64,000 nucleotides of DNA from a candidate division WOR_3 bacterium SM23_42 (GTDB lineage Bacteria > Hydrothermota > Tepidihabitantia > SM23-42), in the NCBI GenBank assembly GCA_001303785.1, contig LJUJ01000009.1, forward strand, positions 43,569-107,568, in the 5' to 3' direction. The position numbers were made by a program, and so were the translations under genes. This document shows, in pieces, positions 9,301 to 17,661 of the stretch; positions within the stretch are counted from its first letter, which is position 1, and each line of letters starts with the position of its first letter. The notes below the pieces were generated by a model. It made no database searches. It saw only the letters and a program-made list of their open reading frames with translations, and was not told the DNA's origin.

Positions 9301-9670
9301 TGAATCGTTGGTTCCCGGGTTCTTTTTGGCTGGCTGTGCTCAAACGCCAAAGGACATTCCGGAGACAGTTGCTCAAGCATCCGCAGCTGCTGCCAAGGTT
9401 CTGGAGATGTTTTCGAAGAAAGAAATATCTGCAGAACCGATGGTCGTGGCGATTGACGAAGATATGTGTAGTGGCTGTAAGCTATGTGTTATTACATGTC
9501 CTTATGAAGCACGCGAGTTCGATGAAGAAAAGAATATTGTTAAGATAAATGAAGCATTATGCATGGGATGTGGTTGTTGTGTTGCAGCATGTCCGAGTGG
9601 AGCTTCACAACAGAAGAATCTGGTAGAGGAACAGATCTCAAGAATGGTGGAGGTAATCCTTGGCGAATAA
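6338..9670 (+). CDS. HdrA-like flavo-iron-sulfur protein with an inserted GltD/NfnB-like NAD(P)H-binding module
   Basis: 1110 aa. HdrA N-terminal domain (VGVFICHCGRNI...YKYMCSDPGQ...ASCSP). HdrA FAD fold (ALILGAGIAGIQAAL...LDCSQCILTP). First ferredoxin motif CNGCADCDPVCP. A GltD-like insert at about nt 7202-8400 (CRVACPAGVNV, CGRVCTHPCESEC, IAIIGAGPSGLSCAYFL, VAVVGGGNSAIDAA, RIFAGGDAV). The HdrA fold then resumes (CFACGGCIECGECNKAC ... CSGCKLCVITCP, CMGCGCCVAACP). Confidence 0.8.
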   Translation: MKRVGVFICHCGRNISGTIDIEKLVKEISKHPGVAHCEDYKYMCSDPGQSIVKEKLKENKLDGIVVASCSPLLHEITFRRAVEEAGLNPYLLEMANIREQCSWIHDDIEKATQKAIEIIKATVEKAKYNDALVPAKIPVNPRALILGAGIAGIQAALDVANAGYDVVLVERSPSIGGHMAQLSETFPTLDCSQCILTPRMVEAGHHEKIKLYTYAELEEVSGSVGNFRVKIRRKASYVDFKKCNGCADCDPVCPVLMPNEFDAHLSQRKAIYRPFPQAVPNTYTIDKKGVPPCRVACPAGVNVQGYVALASQGKFKEALAIEREDNPFASVCGRVCTHPCESECKRGDFGDAVSIRSIKRFIADHETQIPEPDLPEPRKNKIAIIGAGPSGLSCAYFLAKRGYAPTVFEALPVVGGMLITGIPEFRLPRKMLQQDIDYIKSWGVEIKTEHKIDDPEGLLENGYEAVYLSSGAHIERKLGIEGEDLEGVYYGIDFLRRVNLDDKPEIGARVAVVGGGNSAIDAARTALRSGAEQVSIVYRRSLKEMPADKDEIDEAIKEGIEIKFLATPTAFIGENGKLKQMQCVHMKLGAPDESGRRRPEPIMGSEFTIPVDTVVVTIGQSPDIAYLSKDTKIETSKWGSLIVDDLTRQTSVPRIFAGGDAVRGPDTVIWAIADGKEAAVSIDRFLRGVDLTEDRTKPEAIEDIALPRIIKDTARQQVRMMSLTERANNFKEVNLGLTEEQIKAEALRCFACGGCIECGECNKACEQDAIRHDMKDEVVEEEVGAIVVATGYELYPIEKIREYGAGKFEDVIDGLQFERLLSASGPTQGEVLRPSDKKVPKRIAFISCAGSRDPEHHLPYCSKICCMYNAKHALLYKERVPDGEAIVFSIDIRTAGKGYEEFFIRTKEDENVLYVRGKPSRVMKEGDELVVWTTDTLTGRPLKVKCDMVVLSMAVVPSIETFELAKKLRIQTNIHGFYNEAHPKLRPVESLVPGFFLAGCAQTPKDIPETVAQASAAAAKVLEMFSKKEISAEPMVVAIDEDMCSGCKLCVITCPYEAREFDEEKNIVKINEALCMGCGCCVAACPSGASQQKNLVEEQISRMVEVILGE

Positions 9671-10853
9671 GAAGAACATAGTGGCCGAGATTAACCCTGA
9701 AATCAGGGAGGCCCTTGTAGAAATGGGGGCAGTCGATGCATACAAGTGTTATCAGTGTGGTAAATGTGCCAGCGTATGCCCATGGTTTCAGGTTGGAACG
9801 TATGAATTCCTCGTCTTCAGATTTCCTCTGGAAACAGTACTCGGCTTGATCGCGAGCAGCGAAGATAAAGAAGAACTGGCAAAGGAGGTCGACAAGATAT
9901 ACCGTTGTGTCGGATGCGAAGCATGTGTCGATCAGTGCCCATTGGGTGTGAAGATACCCGACATCCTGAGATCAGCAAGAAGAATATTAGTTGATTTCGG
10001 ATCCTATCCTGAGACGCTCAAGTCCGTAGTGCAGAAGATTCGCAACGTGGGGAATCCCTTGGGCGAACCGCGTGAAACCCGTGGTGATTGGGCAAAAGAG
10101 CTGAACGTCGAGACCTACTCTGCAGATAAGGAATTATTGTACTTCCCATGCTGTATACCATCATATGATGACCGCATAAGCCGTGTCGCTAAAGCTACTT
10201 CGCTCATACTGAAACATGGCGGGGTATCCTTTGGTATTCTTGGAACGAGAGAGAGTTGTTGTGGTGAGGCAATACGAAGAGCTGGTGCCGAGACAGTGTT
10301 TAATGAAACTGCGAAGGCTAATATACAAGCATTCACGGAAGTTGGCGTCAAGCAGATACTCGTGAGCTCTCCGCACTGCTATGTTACATTCAGTAAAGAG
10401 TATCCCGAGCTTGGTGGCAGCTTCGAACCACTACACACTACGCAATATTTTTGGCAGCTCATTGAGAACGGTAAGATCCGACCAAACAAAAGTTATGAGA
10501 AGAAGGTTGTCTATCATGATCCATGTACTTTAGGACGCCAGAGCGGGGTCTACGAAGAACCGAGGAATATTCTGAAAAGCATTCCCGGGTTGGAATTACT
10601 GGAGGTTGATGATTTCTCGCGTAACCTGAGTCTTTGTTGTGGCGCGGGGAGTGGTGCGCTCTGGATCGATTGGCCAAAAGGCGAACGCATGGCGGACATA
10701 CGAATTAAACAATTAGTCGACACAGGTGCGGAAGTCATTGCGGTTGCGTGTCCTTACTGTCTGCAAATGTTCGAGGAAACTGTGAAGGCAATGAATATCG
10801 ATATTACAGTAATGGATGTTTGCGAAATACTACACGAGTCATTGAGTGGGTAG
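9660..10853 (+). CDS. HdrD-like (Fe-S)-binding protein: 2x[4Fe-4S] ferredoxin domain plus two CCG cysteine-rich domains
   Basis: 397 aa. TTG start is 6 nt after GGAGG and overlaps the previous gene by 11 nt. Motifs CYQCGKCASVCP, CVGCEACVDQCP, two CCG motifs (ESCCGEAIRRAG, LSLCCGAGSG) and ACPYC. No obvious TM segment. Confidence 0.75.
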   Translation: MANKKNIVAEINPEIREALVEMGAVDAYKCYQCGKCASVCPWFQVGTYEFLVFRFPLETVLGLIASSEDKEELAKEVDKIYRCVGCEACVDQCPLGVKIPDILRSARRILVDFGSYPETLKSVVQKIRNVGNPLGEPRETRGDWAKELNVETYSADKELLYFPCCIPSYDDRISRVAKATSLILKHGGVSFGILGTRESCCGEAIRRAGAETVFNETAKANIQAFTEVGVKQILVSSPHCYVTFSKEYPELGGSFEPLHTTQYFWQLIENGKIRPNKSYEKKVVYHDPCTLGRQSGVYEEPRNILKSIPGLELLEVDDFSRNLSLCCGAGSGALWIDWPKGERMADIRIKQLVDTGAEVIAVACPYCLQMFEETVKAMNIDITVMDVCEILHESLSG

Positions 10854-10859
10854 TAATAT

Positions 10860-12347
10860 ATGAAACTCAAATCACTCGTAGGCAGATTACCGGCTGAACA
10901 AGATCTCAGTGTTAAGCCGAGGCCTTATTTGAACCATTCAGTGGAGTTGAAAAAGCTCTTCACGGCTGAAGAACGTGCGGACATGTTGGAGAAAGTTGGG
11001 TTGAATGTTTTCTTTTTTCCGTCGGAGATGATCACTGGCTGTGATTTGCTCTCTGACTCAGGAGTCACGACCATGACCAGCGAGCAATGGGCAGCGCTAC
11101 ACTTGGGCGATGAGGCATATGGCTCGAATCGGGGATATTTTTTGCTGAAAGATCAGATTCGGGCTAGTTTTGGTGAAGCGTTCTTTAACGAACCTGGTGT
11201 AGGCGACTCCAATGCCTTCATCTTTCATCAGGGCCGGGCGAGTGAAGACGCCCTGTTTACGCAATTGGGTAAGCTAGGTGTTGGTCAAATAATCCCTAGC
11301 AATGGTCATTTTGACACAACGGGCGCGAATATTGAGGCCAACAAGATGCAGGCTGTCAACCTGTTTTCCGAAGAATTGCTCGAGTCCGACACAAACGTCC
11401 GTTTCAAGGGTAATATGAACATAAGGAAGCTAAAGGCGCTGCTTGAGAAGTCTCACGACCGTATTCCCCTTGTATATTTGACGGTAACCAACAATACGGC
11501 AGGCGGACAACCGGTATCCATGGCAAATATCAAAGAAGTCTCACAGATCGTTCATGGTTATGGTATTCCGCTATTCTTTGATGCCTGTCGGTTTGCTGAA
11601 AACGCCTGGTTCATCAGGAATTATGAAAGTGGCTACAAAGACAAAGACGTGGCGATCATTGTTCATGAGATGTTTTCGCATGTTGACGGTTTCACAATCA
11701 GTTACAAGAAAGATGGTCTGGTCAATATGGGTGGCGGGTTGTTTTTGAGAAACAATGGTTTGTTCACAAAGAAATATCCAAAAATGCCCGGCGCGATTGT
11801 TGGTTATCAAATAATAAAAGAGGGGCACCCAACGTACGGTGGGCTTTCCGGCCGGGATATCATGGCCCTCGTTGTTGGCTTGCGATTGGTTACTCGTGAT
11901 GAATATTTGACTTATCGGATTAATCAAGTTTCCGAGTTTGGTGAAGAGATGCACCGCCAAGACATTCCCGTTGTGAGACCCGTGGGCGGCCACGCTGTCT
12001 ATGTTGATGTTAACAAGTTTTTTCATGATACGGCTATGGGACCGGAGGATTTCGGCGGTGTTGCTTTGTGCGCGATCTTACTCGCTGGATATGGCCATAG
12101 GGCATGCGAACTTGGATATTTTAGTTTTGGGCATTTTGACAGAGAGACAGGAAAGGAGGTCCTGCCTGAGGTTAATTTCGTACGTTTCGCGGTACCCAGG
12201 CTTCGGTACGAGAAACAAGATTTAGACTCTGTCGTTGCGGCGTTGAAAGTCTTGCATGAATGCCGGAAAGAAGTTCCAGGCGTGCAAGTGACGTATGGCC
12301 GAGAACTTCCTTTGCGTCATTTCAAGGCACGGTTTGAATTCAAGTAG
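10860..12347 (+). CDS. Beta-eliminating lyase family PLP enzyme (tryptophanase / tyrosine phenol-lyase-like)
   Basis: 495 aa with motifs DLLSDSGVTTMT, YLTVTNNTAGGQPVS, FFDACRFAENAWFI and the PLP-lysine context SYKKDGLVNMGG. Confidence 0.75.
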   Translation: MKLKSLVGRLPAEQDLSVKPRPYLNHSVELKKLFTAEERADMLEKVGLNVFFFPSEMITGCDLLSDSGVTTMTSEQWAALHLGDEAYGSNRGYFLLKDQIRASFGEAFFNEPGVGDSNAFIFHQGRASEDALFTQLGKLGVGQIIPSNGHFDTTGANIEANKMQAVNLFSEELLESDTNVRFKGNMNIRKLKALLEKSHDRIPLVYLTVTNNTAGGQPVSMANIKEVSQIVHGYGIPLFFDACRFAENAWFIRNYESGYKDKDVAIIVHEMFSHVDGFTISYKKDGLVNMGGGLFLRNNGLFTKKYPKMPGAIVGYQIIKEGHPTYGGLSGRDIMALVVGLRLVTRDEYLTYRINQVSEFGEEMHRQDIPVVRPVGGHAVYVDVNKFFHDTAMGPEDFGGVALCAILLAGYGHRACELGYFSFGHFDRETGKEVLPEVNFVRFAVPRLRYEKQDLDSVVAALKVLHECRKEVPGVQVTYGRELPLRHFKARFEFK

Positions 12348-12375
12348 GCGTATGTGATATCAATAGGGAGGAAAG

Positions 12376-12681
12376 ATGACCGAAGAATCATCAGATGATG
12401 GCCGGACATGGGTTGAAGAAATAGAAATTGCGGGCAGCGAATTGGTAGGACGCGTTAAAGAATTGATTGCTGAAGGTAATGTGCGTCGATTGATAATTAA
12501 GAAACCGGACGGAGGATTTTTGCTCGAAATTCCCCTCACCGCCGGTGTCGCGGTCGGCAGTATATTTACCATTTTTGCGCCCGTGCTTGCTGCTTTGGGC
12601 GCCATGGCGGCATTATTGGCTCGTGTAAAGGTACAGATCGTGCGTGTCGAAAAGAGCAAGAAGCGAGGGAGAAAAACATGA
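12376..12681 (+). CDS. DUF4342-like small protein
   Basis: 101 aa. Pattern EIAGSELVGRVKELIAEGNVRRLIIKKPDG...EIPLTAGV followed by a hydrophobic segment. GGGAGG RBS upstream. Confidence 0.55.
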   Translation: MTEESSDDGRTWVEEIEIAGSELVGRVKELIAEGNVRRLIIKKPDGGFLLEIPLTAGVAVGSIFTIFAPVLAALGAMAALLARVKVQIVRVEKSKKRGRKT

Positions 12682-12962
12682 AGAAAGTAACCAAGAATGA
12701 TGAAGCGTACCTCAGAGCAAAGAAACGCGTCGCCGAATTGAAGGGTTTTTATGCACACCTAATTGTTTTCGTCATCGTAAACATGATTTTGGTGATTATC
12801 AATCTCGTCCTCACCCCACGATTCTTGTGGTTTCTAATTCCCCTCCTGGGGTGGGGTGTAGGTTTGTTTTTCCACGCCGTCTTTGGGTTTGGACTGTTCG
12901 GAGTGTTCACGAAGGAATGGGAAGAGCGGAAGATAAAGCAGTACATGGGCGGGGAAAGCTAA
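12678..12962 (+). CDS. 2TM-domain small membrane protein
   Basis: 94 aa with two hydrophobic helices after KKRVAELKGFYAHL. ATGA overlap with the previous gene. Confidence 0.55.
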   Translation: MKKVTKNDEAYLRAKKRVAELKGFYAHLIVFVIVNMILVIINLVLTPRFLWFLIPLLGWGVGLFFHAVFGFGLFGVFTKEWEERKIKQYMGGES

Positions 12963-13016
12963 TTTCCCGATATCTAGACACGCAACTGTAAGGAAAAGAG
13001 CAAAGGGGGTCTTTTT

Positions 13017-13865
13017 ATGTCTAATAATATGCAGGACATCAAGCATGAGAAAATAGAAGACATGCTGGTGGCGTACATTGCAGCGCGCGGTACGTTTGAA
13101 GACTCGCCCCCGAAATGGATGTCGAGATTCAATGTATTGAGGGAATCCTGTGAGGGCCTTATCTGTGGCTCAGCCATGGCATTGTACGATTACGGAGTGT
13201 ACACGAAAGGTGTACATGTAGACTTGTGTTATCCGGTCACAGAACGCGTGGAGTCGGATGATATTAAGAGCAAAATTATCGAAGGAGTCGAAGTCCTGTC
13301 GCTCACTCACTATGGTCTGTACGAAAAGATGGGCGAGACCTACAAAAAGCTCTACAGTTTCATGAGAGAGCATGAGGTGGTGCCGACTGCTTATGGCCGA
13401 GAGGTGTATCTGGAATACCATGCCGATGAGCCGGAAAGGAATGCTACCGAATTGCAGGCAGTGCTGCACAAATGGGAAACTCGGTTCGCACGACACGTAG
13501 AGCGCGTGCTCGGCTTGAAGGCGAGGGAAGCGGTAATGAAGGACAGCGATTTGTTGTACACCATCGAATCGACTGCTCACGATAAGGCAAAGTGGCTGAA
13601 GGCGGCGATGGAGACGTTGGATGGTTTGACCGATGAAGAACAGAAATTCGAAATACTTTCTTGCTGTGCTCACGAATTTTCTGATAGGCGTACTGCAAAG
13701 CTGCGTGCTGTTTATAAAGAAGCAGGAAATATCGAAGCAGTCATTAAGTTTATGCATGAAGACCCTGATTGGTATGACTGGAAGAGGGCATATCGCCGAC
13801 GTTCTGCTACTGCGGAACTGGTTGGTACCGACAGTACTGGGAAGGTGTACTGGGTGAACCAGTGA
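13017..13865 (+). CDS. GyrI-like effector-binding domain fused to a cysteine-rich domain paralogous to 13979..14665; the 3' end appears frameshifted (true tail continues in another frame to 13933)
   Basis: The N-terminal ~150 aa look GyrI-like (VAYIAARGTFED...LSLTHYGLYEKMGETYKKLYSFM...REVYLEY). The C-terminal part aligns with the next gene (EILSCCAHEF vs EIMTRCACEYP). The conserved tail ISPTFCYCGTGWY...VKIEVLKSLLKGDDHCELAIHLP is encoded at 13787-13933 in the -1 frame. Confidence 0.6.
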   Translation: MSNNMQDIKHEKIEDMLVAYIAARGTFEDSPPKWMSRFNVLRESCEGLICGSAMALYDYGVYTKGVHVDLCYPVTERVESDDIKSKIIEGVEVLSLTHYGLYEKMGETYKKLYSFMREHEVVPTAYGREVYLEYHADEPERNATELQAVLHKWETRFARHVERVLGLKAREAVMKDSDLLYTIESTAHDKAKWLKAAMETLDGLTDEEQKFEILSCCAHEFSDRRTAKLRAVYKEAGNIEAVIKFMHEDPDWYDWKRAYRRRSATAELVGTDSTGKVYWVNQ

Positions 13866-13978
13866 AGATCGAAGTTCTTAAGTCATTGCTTAAGGGCGAT
13901 GACCACTGTGAGTTGGCTATCCATCTACCTTGATGACGGCGATTAAGAAGAAGATTACGGAGATTTATCGAGAAAAAC

Positions 13979-14665
13979 ATGAAAGAGGATTTTGAGAAAT
14001 ACTGGTTAGGGAAATTCTCACGTAGCATGGAGGACATAATCGGCAAGGAAGCCAAAGATAAGATAATGGATGGAAGTGATGGCTTCTCGGACAGCTCAGA
14101 TAGGAACGAAGTCATATCGTGGTCGAAGAGAGCCATGGAAGATTTGGATGAGCTCGTTGATGCCGAGAACCGCATTGAGATAATGACTCGCTGCGCTTGT
14201 GAGTATCCGAAATCCGAATTAAGAGAGATGAGAAAGAAGTACGAAGAAACCCGTAGTGTGGAAATGGCCCATGGAATGCTGCGAGATAAGTTCGTGTTTT
14301 TCTTGAAAGACGCTCTGCACCTGGATACAGGTTTGATTAATGATATTATGGACCGGGGATGGGGTGTGGCTGGTAGGTTGGAGGGAAACAAAATCATCGC
14401 CACAAAAATACCTAAGAGCGGGTATCTCGTTGATTATATGAATGAAACAGACGCCGTGAAGAAGCGAGCCATATACTGCCATTGTCCGAGGGTCCGCGAA
14501 GCCCTGAAGAGAGGCGTACAGATTTCGCCAACTTATTGCTACTGTGGTGCTGGGTTCTATAAAGGAATCTGGGAGGAAATTCTGCAGAAGCCCGTGAAGG
14601 TGGAAGTGTTGGAGAGCGTTATGCGGGGAGATGATGTTTGCAAGATCGCAATTAGCCTTCCTTGA
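13979..14665 (+). CDS. Cysteine-rich uncharacterised protein (CAC / CHC / CYC motifs)
   Basis: 228-aa ORF, paralog of the C-terminal half of the preceding gene. Motifs RCACEYP, YCHCPRV, YCYCGAGFY. No family assigned with confidence. Confidence 0.65.
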   Translation: MKEDFEKYWLGKFSRSMEDIIGKEAKDKIMDGSDGFSDSSDRNEVISWSKRAMEDLDELVDAENRIEIMTRCACEYPKSELREMRKKYEETRSVEMAHGMLRDKFVFFLKDALHLDTGLINDIMDRGWGVAGRLEGNKIIATKIPKSGYLVDYMNETDAVKKRAIYCHCPRVREALKRGVQISPTYCYCGAGFYKGIWEEILQKPVKVEVLESVMRGDDVCKIAISLP

Positions 14666-14677
14666 AGGAGATGGCAG

Positions 14678-16381
14678 ATGACATCGGGTGATAGACCAGG
14701 GCCACGTAACTTCATTGAAGAAATAGTCGAAGAGGACATCCGCACCGGCAAATATGGCGGACGGGTGCACACTCGTTTTCCCCCTGAACCGAACGGCTAT
14801 CTGCACATCGGTCATGCCAAGGCGATTTGCATCAGTTATGGTATTGCCGACAAATACAATGGCTTGTACAACTTGAGATTCGACGACACAAACCCGACGC
14901 GGGAAGAACAGCAGTACATTGATGCAATAAAAGAAGATATTCGCTGGCTGGGTTTTGACTGGGAAGACCGAGAGTATTATGCATCTGACTATTATGAGCA
15001 GCTTTATGAATGGGGTCTGCAGTTGATTAGGAAAGGCAAGGCGTACGTCGATGATTTGACTGCCGAGCAAATCAGGGAACATCGAGGAACCCTGACCACT
15101 CCGGGTAAGGAGAGTCCTTTCCGTAACCGCTCGGTCGAGGAAAACCTCGGTCTATTTGAAAGGATGCGCAAAGGTGATTTCCCAGATGGTAGCCGGGTAT
15201 TGCGTGCCAAAATCGACATGGCGGCAGCGAACATGAATATGCGGGACCCCGTGATGTACCGGATATTGCATGCCACACACCCTCGCACCGGTGACAAGTG
15301 GTGCATATACCCTACTTATGATTGGGCTCATGGCCAGTCAGATTCAATTGAGGGAATCACCCACTCGCTTTGTTCATTGGAATTCGAAAACCATCGACCT
15401 CTGTACGATTGGTTCTTGGAAGAATTAGAAGTGCATCACCCTCAACAGATTGAATTCGCACGTCTTAACCTCAACTATACAATCACAAGCACGCGCAAGT
15501 TGCGTACACTCGTAGAAGAAGAATTCGTCAGCGGCTGGGATGATCCGCGCATGCCGACGCTCTCAGCTATGCGCAGGCGGGGTTATACACCAGAGGCAAT
15601 ACGCAGGTTTTGTGACAACGTTGGTGTAGCAAAGGCCGACAACGTTATCGATATCGCAAAACTCGAGCATTACTTGCGTGAGGATTTGAACAAAACAGCG
15701 CCACGCGTCATGGCCGTTTTACGTCCTCTGAAGTTAGTCATTGATAATTATCCCGAAGATAAGATTGAAGAATTAGATGCAGTCAACAATCCTGAAGATC
15801 CGAGCATGGGGATGCGCAAGGTTCCTTTTTCACGATTATTGTATATCGAACAGGACGATTTTCGGGAAGAACCGCCGCCGAAGTATTACCGTCTCGCCCC
15901 AGGTCGCGAAGTGAGATTACGCTACGCTTATTTCGTGAAATGCGTTGATGTAGTGAAGGACAAAGACGGTAAGGTCATTGAAGTCCATTGCACATACGAT
16001 CCCGAGACCCGCGGTGGTGATGCACCGGACGGCCGTAAGGTAAAGGCGACTCTGCATTGGGTATCATCAGCTCAAGCGATCCGTGCCGAAGTCAGGTTGT
16101 ATGACCGTCTCTTCACGAGGTCAGATCCCAACGAAGTCGAGGGTGAAGGCAAGGACTTCAGGGCAAACTTGAATGCTAATTCACTCGAAACCTTGACCGA
16201 TTGCAGACTCGAGCCGAGCTTGAGTAGCGTCAAGGCTAGTGATCGCTATCAATTTGAGCGTCTCGGCTATTTCTGTGTTGACCCTGATTCGCGGGTGGAC
16301 AAACTGATATTCAATCGAACCGTATCGTTACGTGATACATGGGCGAAGATCGAAGAAGCACAAGAGAAGGGTAAGGGATAA
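14678..16381 (+). CDS. glnS: Glutamine--tRNA ligase
   Basis: 567 aa. Class I HIGH region [19 protein letters not shown] followed by NLRFDDTNP. Overall GlnRS layout including the C-terminal anticodon-binding beta-barrels. Confidence 0.92.
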   Translation: MTSGDRPGPRNFIEEIVEEDIRTGKYGGRVHTRFPPEPNGYLHIGHAKAICISYGIADKYNGLYNLRFDDTNPTREEQQYIDAIKEDIRWLGFDWEDREYYASDYYEQLYEWGLQLIRKGKAYVDDLTAEQIREHRGTLTTPGKESPFRNRSVEENLGLFERMRKGDFPDGSRVLRAKIDMAAANMNMRDPVMYRILHATHPRTGDKWCIYPTYDWAHGQSDSIEGITHSLCSLEFENHRPLYDWFLEELEVHHPQQIEFARLNLNYTITSTRKLRTLVEEEFVSGWDDPRMPTLSAMRRRGYTPEAIRRFCDNVGVAKADNVIDIAKLEHYLREDLNKTAPRVMAVLRPLKLVIDNYPEDKIEELDAVNNPEDPSMGMRKVPFSRLLYIEQDDFREEPPPKYYRLAPGREVRLRYAYFVKCVDVVKDKDGKVIEVHCTYDPETRGGDAPDGRKVKATLHWVSSAQAIRAEVRLYDRLFTRSDPNEVEGEGKDFRANLNANSLETLTDCRLEPSLSSVKASDRYQFERLGYFCVDPDSRVDKLIFNRTVSLRDTWAKIEEAQEKGKG

Positions 16382-16383
16382 AG

Positions 16384-16710
16384 ATGTTGCGAATAATTAA
16401 CTTAGAGGACAAGATCAAAGAAATACGCAAGCCTTGGTCTCCGGTTGATATTGCGCGGGTTAATGACCAGGTTGTGAGGATGGCTCTAATCAAGGGAGAG
16501 TTTCATTGGCATAAACACACCCATGAGGATGAGCTTTTCTACGCATACAAGGGGAACATTACTATTCAGCTGAAAGATCAACCCGACATTGTTTTGCACG
16601 AAGGTGAGATTGTGGTCATTCCCAAGGGTATGGAACATTGCCCGAAGGGTGATGAACCTGCGTATAATCTGCTATTTGAACCTTCTTCTCTACAAACGCG
16701 GGGCGACTAG
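16384..16710 (+). CDS. Cupin domain protein
   Basis: 108 aa with a cupin metal-site pattern (HWHKHTHEDELF ... GEIVVIPKGMEHCP). Paralog of 47107..47436. Confidence 0.7.
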   Translation: MLRIINLEDKIKEIRKPWSPVDIARVNDQVVRMALIKGEFHWHKHTHEDELFYAYKGNITIQLKDQPDIVLHEGEIVVIPKGMEHCPKGDEPAYNLLFEPSSLQTRGD

Positions 16711-16719
16711 GGAATCTAT

Positions 16720-17661
16720 ATGGATATGATAATTGAAGGACTACAGCAGCGATTGAGTAGTGTTGATTTTAAGAATGCTGTTGTTTCTACTCGACACTTA
16801 CCCGAGCTTCGGCGTGACTTTGAGAAACTCCTTGAAGAGAAATCACTGGATAGAAATTTCTACGATGAGATTGTATCGCGTTATGGTCTACAGTGGCATT
16901 TCGACCCCCCGGACACCATCCCCCCCGCTAAATCCGTGATAATTACTGCCACACCTCAGCCCAAGGTTAGTTTAGAATTCCTACTCTCTGGCAAGGGATA
17001 TTACGCTATTATTCCGCCTACCTATGTACATGATACGGACAAGAAGGCAGCCGATGTAATTTCACGGTACTTAAGCGAGCACGGCTATGAGGTCTGTGAT
17101 GCATTACTTCCGACAAAACTTCTGGCTGTGCGCAGTGGTCTAGCAAGATATGGAAGGAACAATATTACATACATTGATAATTGGGGAAGCTATCATAGAT
17201 TGAGAGCGTTCTTTTCGGATATGCCGTGCGATGATGATTGTTGGCAGGAACCGGTAGCGATGGAATTATGCAACACGTGTACGACATGCCTGAAAGAATG
17301 TCCTACGAAGGCTATCCAGCAGGATAGATTTCTGGTGAATGCAGGGAAGTGTTTGACTTTTTTCAATGAAAAAGCTGATGAGTTCCCCCAATGGTTTGAC
17401 CCTGAGTGGCATAATTGTCTCATAGGTTGTATGATATGCCAAGATATGTGTCCAGCCAACAAAGATCATACTGCTTGGATTATGCCGGGCGGGGAGTTCT
17501 CAGAAGAAGAAACGGTGATGATACTCGATGGTGTATGCAAAGACAAGCTCCCTTCGAGGACTATTGAAAAACTGACAAATGTGTGTATGCTCGAGGAATA
17601 TGATTTGCTCAGGAGAAATCTGAGCGTGTTGATAAACAAACAGAAAAGATCTAAGACATAG
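16720..17661 (+). CDS. 4Fe-4S double-cluster protein, epoxyqueuosine-reductase (QueG)/reductive-dehalogenase-like
   Basis: 313 aa with CNTCTTCLKECPTKAI and CLIGCMICQDMCPANK cluster motifs. Family placement is tentative. Confidence 0.5.
   Translation: MDMIIEGLQQRLSSVDFKNAVVSTRHLPELRRDFEKLLEEKSLDRNFYDEIVSRYGLQWHFDPPDTIPPAKSVIITATPQPKVSLEFLLSGKGYYAIIPPTYVHDTDKKAADVISRYLSEHGYEVCDALLPTKLLAVRSGLARYGRNNITYIDNWGSYHRLRAFFSDMPCDDDCWQEPVAMELCNTCTTCLKECPTKAIQQDRFLVNAGKCLTFFNEKADEFPQWFDPEWHNCLIGCMICQDMCPANKDHTAWIMPGGEFSEEETVMILDGVCKDKLPSRTIEKLTNVCMLEEYDLLRRNLSVLINKQKRSKT

Noticed and set aside
6338-9670. Selenocysteine in the HdrA-like protein (HdrA is a selenoprotein in some organisms)
   Set aside because: The 1110-codon frame has no in-frame UGA, so this is a Cys-type version.
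13778-13790. Programmed -1 ribosomal frameshift joining the two frames of the GyrI-like fusion gene
   Set aside because: No slippery X-XXY-YYZ heptamer or downstream pseudoknot is evident at the only place the frames can join. Together with the internal deletion, decay or an assembly indel is more likely.
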